Positions 11,886 to 26,161 of a stretch of DNA of 64,000 bases are shown one piece after another. This stretch comes from the human T2T-CHM13v2.0 reference genome, Homo sapiens. Under the pieces are notes generated by a model. That model had not been told where the DNA came from. It did not search any database and saw only the letters and a list, made by a program, of their open reading frames with translations. Both the position numbers and the translations under genes were made by a program. Location: NCBI RefSeq assembly GCF_009914755.1, contig NC_060930.1. One strand, written 5' to 3'. Each line of letters begins with the position of its first letter. The first letter of the stretch is position 1.

Positions 11886-13819
11886 CTGAACAGGGAAAAT
11901 GCACATGTTACAAGAATTATATCATGGTACTTGCCCCCTCCACTGGGATTCTGATGTTAGCTTTAACAAAAAACAAAGAAACCAAGCATTGTATCTCTAA
12001 ATTACTATTCATCAACATAGAAACCAGAAAATAAATCACAGTTGGATTGCAGGGAACAAATCTGATCATAGCATTTACTGTACATTACTTCCTAAAAAGG
12101 GCCAAATAATCAGTTTTGTTAGGGCAGCAGGGCTAGCTACATAAAATTGGTAGCTAGCATTAAAACAAAGATAAAAACTCAGTATACTTACTATGAGAGC
12201 AAATACTCATATAATTCACTGTATTAAGAACATTAGCAGCTGAATTTAAAGAGTGAATCTCATGTAGTCTTTCAAATTTAAAATCAATAATGGTAAGGAG
12301 ATAGTTTTTCTTGCCAAAAATTTATTTTCTCCAAAGAACAGCCTAAAGATAGAGGCCTGGTTTTCAATGACAATAATACACCACACCACACACTAGCAAA
12401 GGGGGCAACTGCTAGTGGTACATGTGGAATGATGAGAAGCTATTCATATTAGTCTATACATTTAATCTAATGTTTTATGGACAAACAAAAGGCTGCATTT
12501 GCTTAAGGCAAAACTAAACAGTGAAATCTTATTTAAACAAAGGCGAAGTTTACACAGGCAAAGCTATTTCAATTAAATTAGATTCTGGAGAATGCTGACT
12601 TAAAGACACATAAGTTAATATCATGATCTTAGGTAGCTATTTTATACAGTTTTAGTACTGTACTCTTGTTTTGGGAAATGAGGATATGAAGACAGGAGAA
12701 ATTAGATATGCCTAGCAAATAATTAAAATGATACTTTAATAGTAAATATCTCAATGACAGCAAAATATTTATAAAATGTACAAAATCTGTTGTTAGTGGA
12801 CTTTTAGAAATAATTTTTAAGGCATACTATGTTGTAAAAATTAATTTGCTATACTACTTAGTACTGTTGATAGAGAAACATTTTCCTTCTGAGCATTGAA
12901 TATCCCACTCTGTTCTCTAATTTACAAAAAGTGAAAGTTTAAAAAACATCTGGTTAAACGAATCTATGGTTTTCTTAGTATATTACAGAGAAATGGATCA
13001 AAATTTCTGGATATCATGATTCATGTGATGGCATGGTCAAATTGGTCTTTAGCATCCATTAACCTGCTAGATATACATCATAAAGACAGAATGTTGGTAT
13101 AATAGGTATATTTATATATGTGTGTGTGTATGAATGTGTATACATGTATGAATGCACATATTTATAAATCTAGGGAAAATCCACTTATATTCTTCCTTTT
13201 TCTCTGTACAGCAGGATAATACACTTTGTCTGTCTTTGAAGTATATGAGACAACAGGTCATGATGAATGCTACTCATAGACAAAAAAGAGTAGTTCACAA
13301 GTCACAACTCTTAAGTCTTACAAAGGGAAGAGAAAAGGAAAAGAGAAATGCGTAATTATACCTAATGCAGTATTATGATGATGTCAGAACTTGCAATATG
13401 GAGTAACTATGGCAATTTTACTTGTGATTTTACATTGCAACTTGACTGGAAATAAATTCCAGACCAAAAGCTCACATACTAGAAGAGCTAGATGGATGAA
13501 CCATATGTTCTTAACTTTGAAGTTTTCATGATGAAGTTGAAAGATTTCATAAAACTTATGAGATTTCCCCACAATTTTTCACTGTAGGATCCAGATGTGA
13601 AAATGTAAAAAAATCATGCTCACTACTTATATGAAATAAATTAAAAAGCCATATAATAAATAGAAAACTATTATTTATCTTGTTTAAATTTAGAGAAAAG
13701 GCAAGTGGGGAGACCAAGAATCTGTGATGGTAAAAGGTTTTGTGGCTCCCCAACTGAGTTGAACCAAAATGTTGCTACAAGTTTCTCTGCTCAATTACTC
13801 CCTAGTTGTCTTGTTCTCT

Positions 13820-14295
13820 TTGCCCCCACTGCTTTAGTGCAGACCTTCGTTTCTCTCCTGGAAAATTCTAATTATTCTTTATTCTCATCTAATTTCTTTT
13901 CAATCTGTACTTTACATTGTTACCGAAGTGAATTGTAAGAAGGTAAAAGTGATCATATCATTCCTCTGCTTAGGTTTCTTTAATGGTTTTACACTGTGTA
14001 GGGGATAAAAAAACTGATGCTTCTCTGAATGACAGTCAGCATCCTCTGATCTGTCTGGTCCTTGCTTTTCACTCTGGCCACGTCCCCCTCTGTACACTTA
14101 GTAGAGCAATACGTAACTACTCATATTTTCCCACAATGAGCCTTGCTTTAAATGTTTCCTTCTTCTCCTTCTTCTTCTTTTTTTTTTTTCTTTTTTTAAA
14201 CAAATACCATTCCTTGTACTTTGTCCCTCTGGGAAATTCCTATTCATCCAACAAGTCTCATTCAAATGCTACTTTTTACAATGAAGCTGCCAGAT
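13820..14295. mobile_element. L2 fragment
   Basis: Pyrimidine-rich, degenerate L2-like motifs (gatcatatcattcctctgctt, aaattcctattcatcc). Confidence 0.45.
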
Positions 14296-14306
14296 AGTTG
14301 TAGGTA

Positions 14307-14625
14307 CAGTCAAGCACCACATAATGATGTTTTGATCAATAACGAATGAACCTGCATATACAACAGTGGTCCCATAAGACTATACAACCATATACTCTGT
14401 AACTAACTTTTCTATGTTTAAATATGTATAGATACATGAATATCATTGTGTTACAATTTCCTACAGTATTCAGTACACTAACATGCTATACAGGCTCATA
14501 GCCTAGATGTGTAGTGGGCTATACCATCTAGGTCTGTGTAAGTACTCTCTATGATGTTCACACATGAAGAAATTGCCTAAGGGCACGTTTCTCAGAACTC
14601 AACCCTGTTATGTGATGCATGACAG
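14307..14625. mobile_element. Tigger3-derived MITE
   Basis: TA-flanked, cagtca...gacag termini, gcctagatgtgtagtgggctataccatctagg core. Confidence 0.8.
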
Positions 14626-14913
14626 TATTTTTCCTGTGCCTCTGCTGTTCTTGACACACTCCACCATCATCCTTTTGTAATCCTCTGTTTACCCATCTGT
14701 CTTTTAAAGTATAGGCTTATTGATGGCAAGAATCTGGAATCATTCCTTGTAATTCTAGTCCCAGCACAGTGCACTCAAGAAATATTTATTAAATAATATA
14801 GGTAAAAATCTAATTACAGTGATTGTAACAACATTCTGCCTAAGTTATTGCACATCTACCAAATACAGTATGGTACAGGAGAAAAAAACAAGTTTTAATG
14901 TCAGATAAACATA

Positions 14914-15386
14914 AAGTAATCCCCCCTTATCTGTAGGGAATATATTCTAAGACCCTAACTTTACTTAATAATGGCTCTGACGTATAAGAGTAGTGATGCT
15001 GGTAATTTGAATACGCCAAAGGGAAGCTGCAAAGTGCTTCCTTTAAGTGAAAAGGTGAATGTTCTTGATTTAATAAGAAAACAAAAGAAATCATACGCTG
15101 AGGTTGCTAAAGCATACAATAAGAAGGGAGGATAGTCTATCCATGAAATTGTGAAGAAGAAAAAATAAATTCATGTTAGTTTTGCTGTCACACCTCAAAC
15201 TGCAGAAGTTATGCTTCAGTGCATGAAACATGCTTAGTTAAGATTGGAAAGGCATGAAATGTATGGGTAGAAGACATGAACAGAAACATGTTCTAATTGA
15301 TGGTAATCAGGTTCTGTACTATCCATGGTTTTAGGCATCCACTGGGGGTCTTGGAACTATGTTCTAAGGATAAGGGGGTACTGTTG
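14914..15386. mobile_element. MER44/Tigger7-type DNA transposon derivative
   Basis: TIRs gtaatccccccttatc / gataagggggtactgttg. Internal gagtagtgatgctggtaattt...aaagtgcttcctttaagtgaaaagg. Confidence 0.8.
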
Positions 15387-16449
15387 TACAAGATGGCAGG
15401 GAACAAGGCCAAAGACAGATCCTGCAGCTCAGGCCAAACTGGAGGATGTGGGCCTGGTTTTCAGTTTGAGTGGGCAAGCCCAAGTGACTGTTCAGAGATC
15501 CAAACCTGATAGGGGCTAAGGCCAAGGGATGGTCCAGGCAAATGGATTGGAGAGTCCTGGTAGCTTGCACTGATACACTTCATATGACTGAGCTTAGGAT
15601 GAGTTCCTTGTGTCTCACTACCTTTTATAGCAGTTTTCCTGGCAGATAAGGACTAATAGGTATATGCTCCTCCCCAGACTGGGGATGGCTTTGGTAACAA
15701 CTGGAGAGCATGCCTGAGTTTCCCAAGTAACCCCCAAAGTCCTTTTTAGGGATCTAATACTCAGTGATCTAAACAATAAAAGGTTGTTTTAGTACACGGA
15801 GGATAAATTATCCTTGACATTCATTAGCAGCTTAACATTAACATTAGGCAAATACTTAATACCCCTTTACCTCTTATCCACTTTCTACTTGACACTCTAT
15901 CTACCAGACAAAGCTAGGATGATTCTGAGTGTTGGGGAAACATGAATGGGGGCTGACTCTGTGTGTGACACTTTCTTCTACAAAGTTGGAATCAATTTCA
16001 GTGAGTTGTTGATTCGGAATTGTTTGTCATCACCAGCCCTGGAAGAATGGAAATGTGATTTCAAGCACTGTATCCACTTATAAAATTATACTATAACTAA
16101 AACCTTATTTTAGTTAGCAAAAACAATAGGGTTTTCATTTACTTAAGAGAGGTGAGCTGGAGAGGAGGTGATGAATTTAATTTTGAACACATTTTAAGTG
16201 AGGTGCTACTATGAAGCCAAGAAGTTCAGGTGAAAATGAGCTCTGGAGAAAGTGTATGGGCTAGAGCTGTGGACTTAGAAATCCTGGGCACAAAGTGGGC
16301 AGTCAAAATAATTAAAATGAACACGCATGGAGCAGAGATAGGGGAAGCAGAGTGGGGTTTACCTGGAGATGACATCTGGAAAGGGAAGGGGAGGGCAGCT
16401 AAGGGAGTCTCACAGGCACTGCTGAAATAGTCGTGATTAGGATGGATGT

Positions 16450-16650
16450 TTGTTAAGCATCTACTATTTGTCAAACACTCTGTTAACCATTTAACGTAAG
16501 TTATTGAATTTAAACCATTTTTCAGATGAAGACACTGGTTTACAAAGGTAAAGAAAACTGCCTAAGGTTGCATAGCTCTGGTAAATGGGTACAGCTGGGA
16601 CTCCAGTTCTGGGGAACCTGACTTCAAAGGGCTTGCTTTAACCAATACAG
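16450..16650 (-). mobile_element. MIR
   Basis: ccatttttcagatgaagacactg...aaggttgcatagct. Confidence 0.55.
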
Positions 16651-16859
16651 TATATTGCCTATGAAGTTCAGGATGAGGGGGAAGGTGTGTAGACTTTGCA
16701 TGGGGCTCTAAATTAGAATTAAGGATTCTCTGAGGAATGTGCATACTAGATAAACTGAAACTTTGTGAAGTTTTCCTGACAAGACAGAATGTAAGCAAAT
16801 AATAAGTTTGGATGAAGTATAATCAGTAGTATGATTCACGAATACATGATACTGGTTGA

Positions 16860-17000
16860 AGAGGGAATGTGGTATACTAGAAAAAGGTTTAGCCTGAGAG
16901 TTTAGAGTACTGTGCCTTTAAATTAGCTGTAATATCTTGGGCAAATCACTTAACCACTGGTATTCATTTTCCTCATCTGATAAATCAAGGAGTTTCATTA
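16860..17000 (+). mobile_element. MIR
   Basis: tcttgggcaaatcacttaacc...tttcctcatctgataaa. Confidence 0.6.
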
Positions 17001-18615
17001 GGTGCTTTTTAATGGCTTCTATCTTCTGTAAGCTTTAATTTTTCAACAATAAAATGCCAACATACTCATACTATATAGCTATTTGTTTTTACAGAGCTTA
17101 CTTTCTATTTTTCCAGGTGGACTGTAATATCCTTGAGGTTAGGGGTAGCATATACTAAGCAGGAAATAAGCTATACAGAGAAAAGACCCTTCTGGGGTCA
17201 GAGGAAGATAAATTATCTGCTTCCAGAGTATGTGGGCAAGAACTCATAGAAAAGAGGGGCTTCCGCTGGTCTCCTCTAGAGTTTAGAAAATGGGCAGTCT
17301 CTGTAAGGAAATTTTTAAAGGTGTGGGGTTCCTGAAGCCAAAGGTATCCCTTATGACTTGGATACACCACATGTCCTCAACATCTATTTCGAATCAATTT
17401 TAAGAATTTCCTACGCATAACAGGCTTGGTCTTAGCATTTAAATTCAACCACATTTTTACAGTGGTGTAAGTATTTCTGCAAAGAACAGTTTTATCCAAA
17501 CCTATAGACACTTTTCTTCTTATCTTCCACAGTTGCAGATTATACTTTAAAAAGCTAACATTTTAAGCTTGACAACGTATCTTCTACATTTCATATTAAG
17601 TAAATCCCATGAATTTATTGTAAAAAGCTCTGAACAGTGAATTATATAAAGTCAGACAGTGTAGAGAGTATGCAATATGGTGTGATAAAAATATTTGTAT
17701 ATTATTGCACAGATTATACAACACTTTCAGTAACAGCTCTCATCTAATATTTAACAATACTAACTATGAGGCAGGCATTAATATTACCCCCCTTCACAGA
17801 AAGGGGAACTTAAGCTTAAAGAAGTTTAGTGACTATGGTAAACAAATGATGAAGTTAAGGCTTGATTTTGGTTTTCCAGTTTCATATATGTGCTCATTAC
17901 ACTGTATTCTATTACGTGTGCTGATTTCTGCATATTCTGTCTTGCTTCAAAAAGAATCTGAGGTGGCTTACATCTGACCTTGTTTCCCACACAGCAGAAA
18001 AATGTGAACTCCAGACAAAATTATTATGTATTTAATTCATTATTGTCTCTGTGGGTAAATTTTATCAACATATTTTTTGAAAATCTAAAATTTTAAAATT
18101 AATTTTAACCTACCATTTGGTTATAACTACATCTTGACATTTGATCTTCAGGCACTTATCTTTTGAAACATGACTGAATTCTGGATTTAAATAATCCAAA
18201 AGTAAAATAGGAACATTGAGCACTGTGATAAAATTATGTCAGTTTCATTGCAAGGAAATAGCATCACTGACCTAGTCTACTAAACGAAAATCCGTATCAT
18301 TAAATGTACATAAAGAGGTAGGTTGAAGGGTGGATAATAAAATCTAGCTCTAAGGCTCATTATTTTAAAAATTTCCCCTAAAATCTAAACTTCAGTTTAA
18401 GAAATCTGTCAATTTAATCCTTAGTGTCCTCAAGTCTCTGTGGCTGTAGGGTGTATTCATGGAACTGGACAGATGGCTCCAGGCTCTCTCTGCTTCTTAG
18501 TATTCTTTAGACTTATGTTCTCTCTTCCTCCTCCCTTTATCCTTCCTCCTCTTCAAGGAACCTTTCCTCCTTTTTCCCATATCTCTTGTCATCATCTTAA
18601 TGTATCTAGTGTTAG

Positions 18616-18952
<337 letters not shown>

Positions 18953-19119
18953 GAAAATAAGATCATGACAAAGGTTGAAGTGAGGCATGTCTGTTCAAAT
19001 TAAATGACATGGGGATGATATATTGTCATCAGAGTTTAAAAGAAAGAAATTTATTTATGCCAAAATGAGAAAAATTACATTAATTTATAAAAACCAAGTT
19101 GTTATTTATAAAGTATCAC

Positions 19120-19578
19120 AAGAATGCAAAACACTATGGAAAGATCATCAAAAACAGGAAAGTTTGAGAAACTTTCAGAGCCAAGAGGAGCCGGAGAAAT
19201 GACTACTGAATTTAAAGGGATATCTACAATGAGACTCCAGAATAGAAAACGGCATTAGGGATCATCACACATTGTATACCTGTATCAAAATGTTATATGT
19301 ACCCTCAACATAGGTACAAGTATTATATATCAAGAAAAAAATTTTAAAAAGAAAAAGGATATTAGGTGAAAAAGAATTGTGAATAAGTATAGACTTTAGT
19401 TAATAATTATTTGCCAAAATTGGCTTATTAATTGTAGCAAATGTACCTTACTAATATATTTAAGACGTCAATATTAGAAGAAAAATAGGTTCTAGGTATA
19501 TGGGAACTTTGTACTATCTTTGCAACTTTTCTGGAAATGTAAAACTATTCTCAAGCAAAAAGTTTATTTAAAAAAATT
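19120..19578 (+). mobile_element. L1MD/MC-type 3' end with a nested short L1MA 3' fragment (about 19260-19350)
   Basis: aaagtttgagaaact...ccaagaggagcc and ggtatatgggaactttgtactatctttgcaac. The nested piece is flanked by aaaa.gg..ttagg repeats. Confidence 0.65.
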
Positions 19579-21568
19579 ACGGAAATTGATCCTAGGCAGC
19601 TTGTTAAAACATTAGTTGTTAGACATCTGCTAGAAAATGCACTATTTAGTTCAAGAGCTCCCAGAAGTTTTACAATGATGGGAAAACCTGAAAAAGCTTT
19701 CTTGACAGAAAAGCCACTCCTTTAAAGGTTCAGGTCACTTGCAAGTAATGATACAATATTTTGTCAATAATTAAAATGCTATAAGTACATTTATAAGAAT
19801 CTTTTTCAATAGCAACAGTTGTTCATAGTAACTTTCTCCTGAACTTTTACCCCCAGAAGGTTAGCATTCAGGAAGCTCAGCTGCTGTCTAACAAACTTAA
19901 TTAATCAAAAAGTCATTTCCGAGCTGTAACTATGAGTAAAAGCGCTTCAAGTGTGCTAGCAAGCCTACAAGTTAATCAAAATGCTAATGCAGTACAAATT
20001 AAAGTTGTGATTAACATTTCACAGTAGCTGCTTAAGTGAATTGATCACACAAATGGGTTAAGCATTACTCATTTCCTACAGCCCCAACCGGGAAAAGGGT
20101 TGTTATGTGGGTATAAGGAGAGGAGCAGGGGGTAGAAGGATCCTTCATAATAGCATCATATCATCAACAAACCACCACCAAATTGTTATACAAAAGCTTA
20201 CAGGTAAAGTCACCCAGAGGGAAAACAGCCTTCCAAATTATATTATAGTCCTTGAAGGGAGATTGGCTATAAATCCACAAGAGTAAGTAAAGGTGTTTAA
20301 CACCTCAAAATCCACACATTTGTGTTAGTTTTGGGAAAGCTAAATGCATCAACTCTGTATCACTTCCCTAGTGGAGAATGGTGCTTTGTTTTAGGTGGTG
20401 TTTTGGGAGATAAAATATAGCTTTGACCATCTAGGACTAGGATTCTGCACCACTGTGTGGTCCTTTGCATTTGGAAGAATAATCACTCAGGATTAAGTTC
20501 ATTTAGAATTATTTGTTTTTAGTCATCCACTAATACGACTTCATCAGGTTTTTATGGCAGAATATGAACTCCGGGCAGTCTGGCCAGGAATGCAGCCTGA
20601 ATTAGATTTCACCTTCATCTCTATGAATTTGATAAGGTCACATTAATACTTACAATAAGTAAACTACATTTGTTTGTGGATAATTCAGATTTGGCAGAAA
20701 ATCTTAAAAACATTGTAAGACTCCACAAACAAAAAATCTCTTTTTCCAGTCTTGCCTATAAAAGAACTAAAAAGAAAAAAGTGAAATATTTATTTACCTA
20801 TGATACACTGAGATCTATATACCCCAAGCATTGTACTCAAGTCACCTTAACAGTCGGTGTTGTTATAGTTGATAAGTTTCCAGCATACTTTAGATGATAC
20901 AAAAGACCCCAATGTATGCTTATAGTATTAATGCTCATAGTTCCTTGAAACATATCCATAAATTATTTACTTATAATCTACCCATCTTTTTCTCAAAATG
21001 ATTAGAAGAAGCTTTCTGAAGCTTCTTGCGCAGTACTGTCTATTTAAAGAGAACGTTTTCTTGGTCTAATTATAAGCATTTAAAAATTTGAAAAGATTCT
21101 ACAGTAATACACAAGACTTTATCTACCATTTGCTATATCAAAACATTTCGTACAGGTATTGCATTAAGGGTTTCACCAAGTACTTCTATTGTTAAGCTCA
21201 GCAATACCTGGACTATTTTCACTGCTAAATGTATTTAAACTCTGCAATTCTAAAACTCTTAAATGACACTGACATTCTTTAATACATCACCAACCCACTG
21301 AGCCTGAGCTTAGTGCATCTATACGTAAACACTCTGCTCCATGGCAATTCTACCTCCTGGCATCATAAAATATTCCTATGCTTTTTAATCTACTACAAAT
21401 GAGAATCATTTGTTAATGAAAATATAGAACCAGCTTACAGTCATAATATCTTTCACTTAAAATAATTTTTAATGAAAAATACCCACATCGTTATATCTTC
21501 TTTTTCTTCCCTTATTCTTTCCTATTCTCAGACTCTACTGTGTGTATCCATAGATATACACACACATC

Positions 21569-21878
21569 TTCTTTGTTTTTTTTTTTGTTGTTTTTTTTAA
21601 GATGGCATCTCGCTCTGTCACCCAGGCTGGAGTGCTGCAGCATGAATCATGGCTCACCACAGCCTCAAACTCCTGGGCTCTAATGATCCTCCTTAGCCTC
21701 CCAAGCAGCTGGGTCTACAGGTGAGTGCCACCATGCCCAGCTAATTTTTTTTTTTTTGGTAGATATGGGGTCTCACTTTGTTGTTGCCCAGGCTGTTCTC
21801 GAATTCCTGGCCTCAAGTGATCCTCCTGCCTCAGCTCCCCCCTGTTGGGATCACTGGCATGAGATACTGCACTTGGCC
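21569..21878 (-). mobile_element. AluJ
   Basis: Antisense Alu with T-tail and J-type diagnostic bases. Confidence 0.9.
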
Positions 21879-22315
21879 CATACATATCTTAAGGTTATCT
21901 GCTAATATACTTTAAAAAATAGATTAAAGATAAAATGCATTTTCAGAATATCTGTGAATTATAGGAAAAATATAATACTAGCTATGTGAAATGTAATATA
22001 ATTTTAGTTTATCAGAAGTTGTTACAGAGATTAAGAGGTCAAATTATTGAAGTTTAGGCTAAACAACAATCCCACCAATATACTTGTAAAGATTTGTTTT
22101 TGCAAATATAGGAAGGTTGTTTGAATGAAGAAAGGTATAGACATACAATTCATATACTTCTTCCCTTTATTTATGCAGCTGATTTATTTTTTTGGCTAGC
22201 ACATATGACAATTGATAAAGCCTACTAGAACACTGTGACATTAATTGGAGTCTACATAGTATCTCACATGCGAAAGAGAAGAAAGACTGGAAACTCAGTA
22301 GATCAAAAAGACTTG

Positions 22316-22389
22316 TCTGCTCATCCTATGGAGTAGTCATTCTTTTATTCCTTTTCTTTCTTAATAAACTTGCTTTCACTAAAAGAAAA
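22316..22389 (+). mobile_element. Polyadenylated fragment of a MER41/MER4-group (ERV1) LTR R region
   Basis: ctatggagtagtcattcttttattccttttctttcttaataaacttgctttcact followed by an A-tail. Candidate TSD aaaaagacttg (22305-22315) / aaaaatacttg (22390-22400). Confidence 0.7.
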
Positions 22390-22884
22390 AAAAATACTTG
22401 GGTGTTAAGGAAAATAATATAAAATGAAAGCTCCCCTACTAAAGTTAGAGCCAAGACTATATATAACAATGGAAACTTATCCACCAGAACATAGCTCCTT
22501 AAAGGTCTTCCTTTCAGGCACACTGAATCACCTAGAATACTTTCAAAGCAGCTGTGCTGGCTACTTCCATTAGGGCAATGGAATATGAATTCAATCTATA
22601 CTAACATTTACCTTGGAAGACAGATCTTTACATTCTTCCTCAATAGTAAAGAGGAGATATCTGCTATCTTTTGGGGGAATTGGTAGTTCCATATCTTGAG
22701 GCAAGGAACCTCTGAGATTGCCTATTACTTCTAGAAGTTTGAAGTTTTTCAAAAAGAACCAGTAGGTGGACAAAGTTTGCTATCCAGGTGGCACCATCAG
22801 TGGTGGTGGTGGTGGTTAGACAGTGAAAGAAGCCAAAAAACTAACCTAAGGAGGCAAACCTTAAAATGAGAGAGGAACATAAAA

Positions 22885-22908
22885 TGTGTGTGTGTGTGTG
22901 TGTATGTG
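22885..22908. repeat. (TG)n microsatellite
   Basis: Seen directly. Confidence 0.85.
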
Positions 22909-23499
22909 TTTATTATAGTAAACCTACGCAGAAATTATTCTAGTGTGCATTTACCTTTTATTATAGGGCTATCTTATAATTATGATGTTATTCTTCCTTC
23001 TCCCTATGGATCAACAATCTGATCTTTCTCTCATTATTTTCAATTATTGTAGCTTTATGGGAGAATGTGAGGAAACAAGTGGTTAATTCATTAGTTTATA
23101 TAGCATAATATAAAAACTTGAGAAGATGCATAAGCAGTTGATACAAAAAAGGCAAACACCCTACCAACTGGACACTGTAGAGTGATATAATAAAGCAGTT
23201 ACAAATATTCAATCAAATTACCAAATCCCTCTTAGAAACTGGTTAAAGTAAATACAGGCAGACCGTTGAAAAGGGAACCTGAGTAATTAAAAGGAGGTGA
23301 TTTAAGTATGCATTGAAAAACAGGGATTAAAAATATTATTCATGGTCTAATGGGAATTCTCGGTTAAAAAATGTAGAAATTTCTATGAAGTTCTCAAATT
23401 TTAAAACAAATTCTCACTAGATCATGGGTACAATTTTAAAATCCATCAATATAGGACAAAGGAAACACAGTCAAATACATTTTTATGGTATATCCAACC

Positions 23500-23680
23500 T
23501 GTGCTGAAAGCTGTTTTTGCCTTCTGATGTGATTTTGGGAAAGTTACCTAGTCTTCATCAGTAAAACGAGAGTAATAATTGTACTGCTTCACTAGACTAT
23601 TGTAGAAAATGGGTCAATTAAATGCAAAGCAAGTACAACAGGGCCTGATACGAAGAAAGCCCTCAATAAATGTTCACCAT
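23500..23680 (+). mobile_element. MIR
   Basis: gtgattttgggaaagttacc...catcagtaaaacgagagtaataat...ctcaataaatgtt. Confidence 0.55.
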
Positions 23681-23968
23681 TACCACAGCTGTCATGATGT
23701 TTGCCTTAGGGCCCATCATTAAATCGTGATTTTTTTTTTTTTCTTTTTTGGTAGGAGGTACAGGAATGGTGTGCAGTTCTCCAAATATTCTGGTATAATT
23801 TGGTACTTAACATACATTAATTCCAATTTAAATTTGCAAGCATAGGTTTCTAGAAATCTTTCTAATCAGTGTACACTGTCACATTTCTCTATGTGCATGT
23901 GTGTGAGATGTGTTTTCCTTTCATGAATTAACATCATTTTTCTTGTAGTCTTTAAGAATATTGCTGCT

Positions 23969-26075
23969 CATTCGCTCAGAGCCACAGGAGGAGGGGAGAG
24001 GCCTGGAGGACACCAACATGAACAAGTTGAAATCATCGCAGAAGGATAAAGTTTGTCAGTTTATGATCTTCACACAATCTAGTGAAAAAAACCGCAGTAA
24101 GTTGTCTATCTCAAAATGACTGGAAGTTAGATGTTGCAACAGATAATTTTTTCCAAAATCCTGAACTTTATATATGAGAGAGTGTAAAAGGATCACTGGA
24201 AAGGAAGAAGTTAGAATAACTGTACAATAGAGACAAAGATCCTCAAAATGAGAATAAAATTGGAATAGATGGTATATAGCAGTTCTGTGATGGCCTGGCA
24301 CTCAATCCAGCCAGCATTAGTGTGTTGATTATTGCATGGATGTTCAGAGCAGCAATACAGTGTGAGTTCTCCAAACAGGAGTTCATGGATGGCATGACAG
24401 AATTAGGATGTGACAGCATAGAAAAACTAAAGGCCTAGATACCCAAGATGTAACAAGAATTGAAAGAACCAGGACAATTTAAGGATTTTTACCAGTTTAC
24501 TTTTAATTTTGCAAAGAATCCAAGACAAAAAGGATTAGATCTAGAAATGGCCATTGCCTACTGGAACTTAGTGCTTAATAGAAGATTTAAATTCTTAGAC
24601 TTATGGAATAAATTTTTGTGGAACATCACAAACAATCAATACCAAAAGACACTTGGAATCTTCTTTTAGACTTCAGTACAGTGATTGCAAATCACGTGTC
24701 TAATTATGATGAAGGAGCATGGCCTGTTCTTATTGATGACTTTGTGGAATTTGCACGCCCTCAAACTGCTGGGACAAAAAGTACAACAGTGTAGCACTAA
24801 AGGAATCTTCTAGAACGTACATAGTCTGTACAATAAATACAACAGAAAATTGCACAATTTCTGCTGGCTGGACTGAACTAAAGATCAATTCTCACAATTC
24901 AGACTGAGGGTTGAGACAAAACTTTAAGGATACATCTTGGACCATATTGTATTTCATTCTTCTAATGGTGGTTTGGGCTTGTCTTCTAGTCTGGGCTGCT
25001 CTAAACATTTATAATTCCAACATTGTGGATTTCATCTTACATCTGTGGACCATCCTACTTTATTCTCCCATAAGTCCTAGAAGCTTTATGGTGATTATTT
25101 TGAGGTTTCCATTCTTGCATAAAGCACAATGCTGTCTTCATCAGAAAACAGTTGGCATAAGAATTAAACATATGAACATCACAAAGCCATTTATAAGAAC
25201 TTCTTAAACTACGCTTTGGGCTAGTTGCAAAGACTATGTTAACAGCACTTCCAATAAGGGTGATATATTTAAGTATACTGGATCTGGAATGGTATTTTGG
25301 TTTGGGGGGAATTTTTTTTTTTTCCTGGCAAATGACATGTGTTGTTGATGTGACTAGAGTATCTGATGAAAATACAATGTCAGAATAACCAACGTGAAAA
25401 ATTTTTAGAATAACTTGGTGCCTACCTGAAAAATGTATTGTGTTTCAGACTCTTGATTTCAAAAGGTTCCACAGAACTAGTCTGCGCTTACCTTACCCAT
25501 GTTTATATATAGTTGTCCTGTGGGGAGCTTTTATTTAGAAAATGCCCGCATAATGTAAGATTCTACTCCTGTCTACATTATGCACTACATAATTGGACTT
25601 CATTATGCTTTTGAAATGCTTATCTGCCTGTCACATAAGTTAAACTATTTAATGTGTTTTGAATGTTTTGGATTGCTACACAATACAATATTCTAAATTT
25701 AGGCATGAGGGTTTATTTTTTGTTTTGTTTTTACTTTTTTTTTTGTCATTGCACTATGGAACACAAATGAAATTCTCTTAATTTATAAGAAGATAGTAGG
25801 AGTTAAATTTTGAAAATGGTTGTGATGAGCCACGAAATTCAATCTTTATAATATAGGTACTGCTCTTTCAGACAAACAGTCCATTTTTAATGACTTCTTA
25901 TTTTGTTGAAATTACTTTAACTGCTAATCACTGTGGTTGCCAAATATTTACTTCAGAAGCAAAGATTTTCAAACAAGCATACACGATGCAAAATACCAGT
26001 CTGGCTTCTAGTCTATTTACTGTTTTTGTTTCACTCAGATTAGCTCAGTTTTCTCATCAAAGCAGAATGCTATCT

Positions 26076-26161
<86 letters not shown>

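Noticed and set aside
11695-11904. ORF MHFPCSGNAGRG... as the ASCC3 exon product
   Set aside because: Wrong frame. The splice-consistent frame gives AMLDVAANQGW...
24460-24669. 69-aa DCN1-like ORF as a functional protein
   Set aside because: It is a TTG-started fragment of the pseudogene, bounded by upstream stops and a downstream frameshift.
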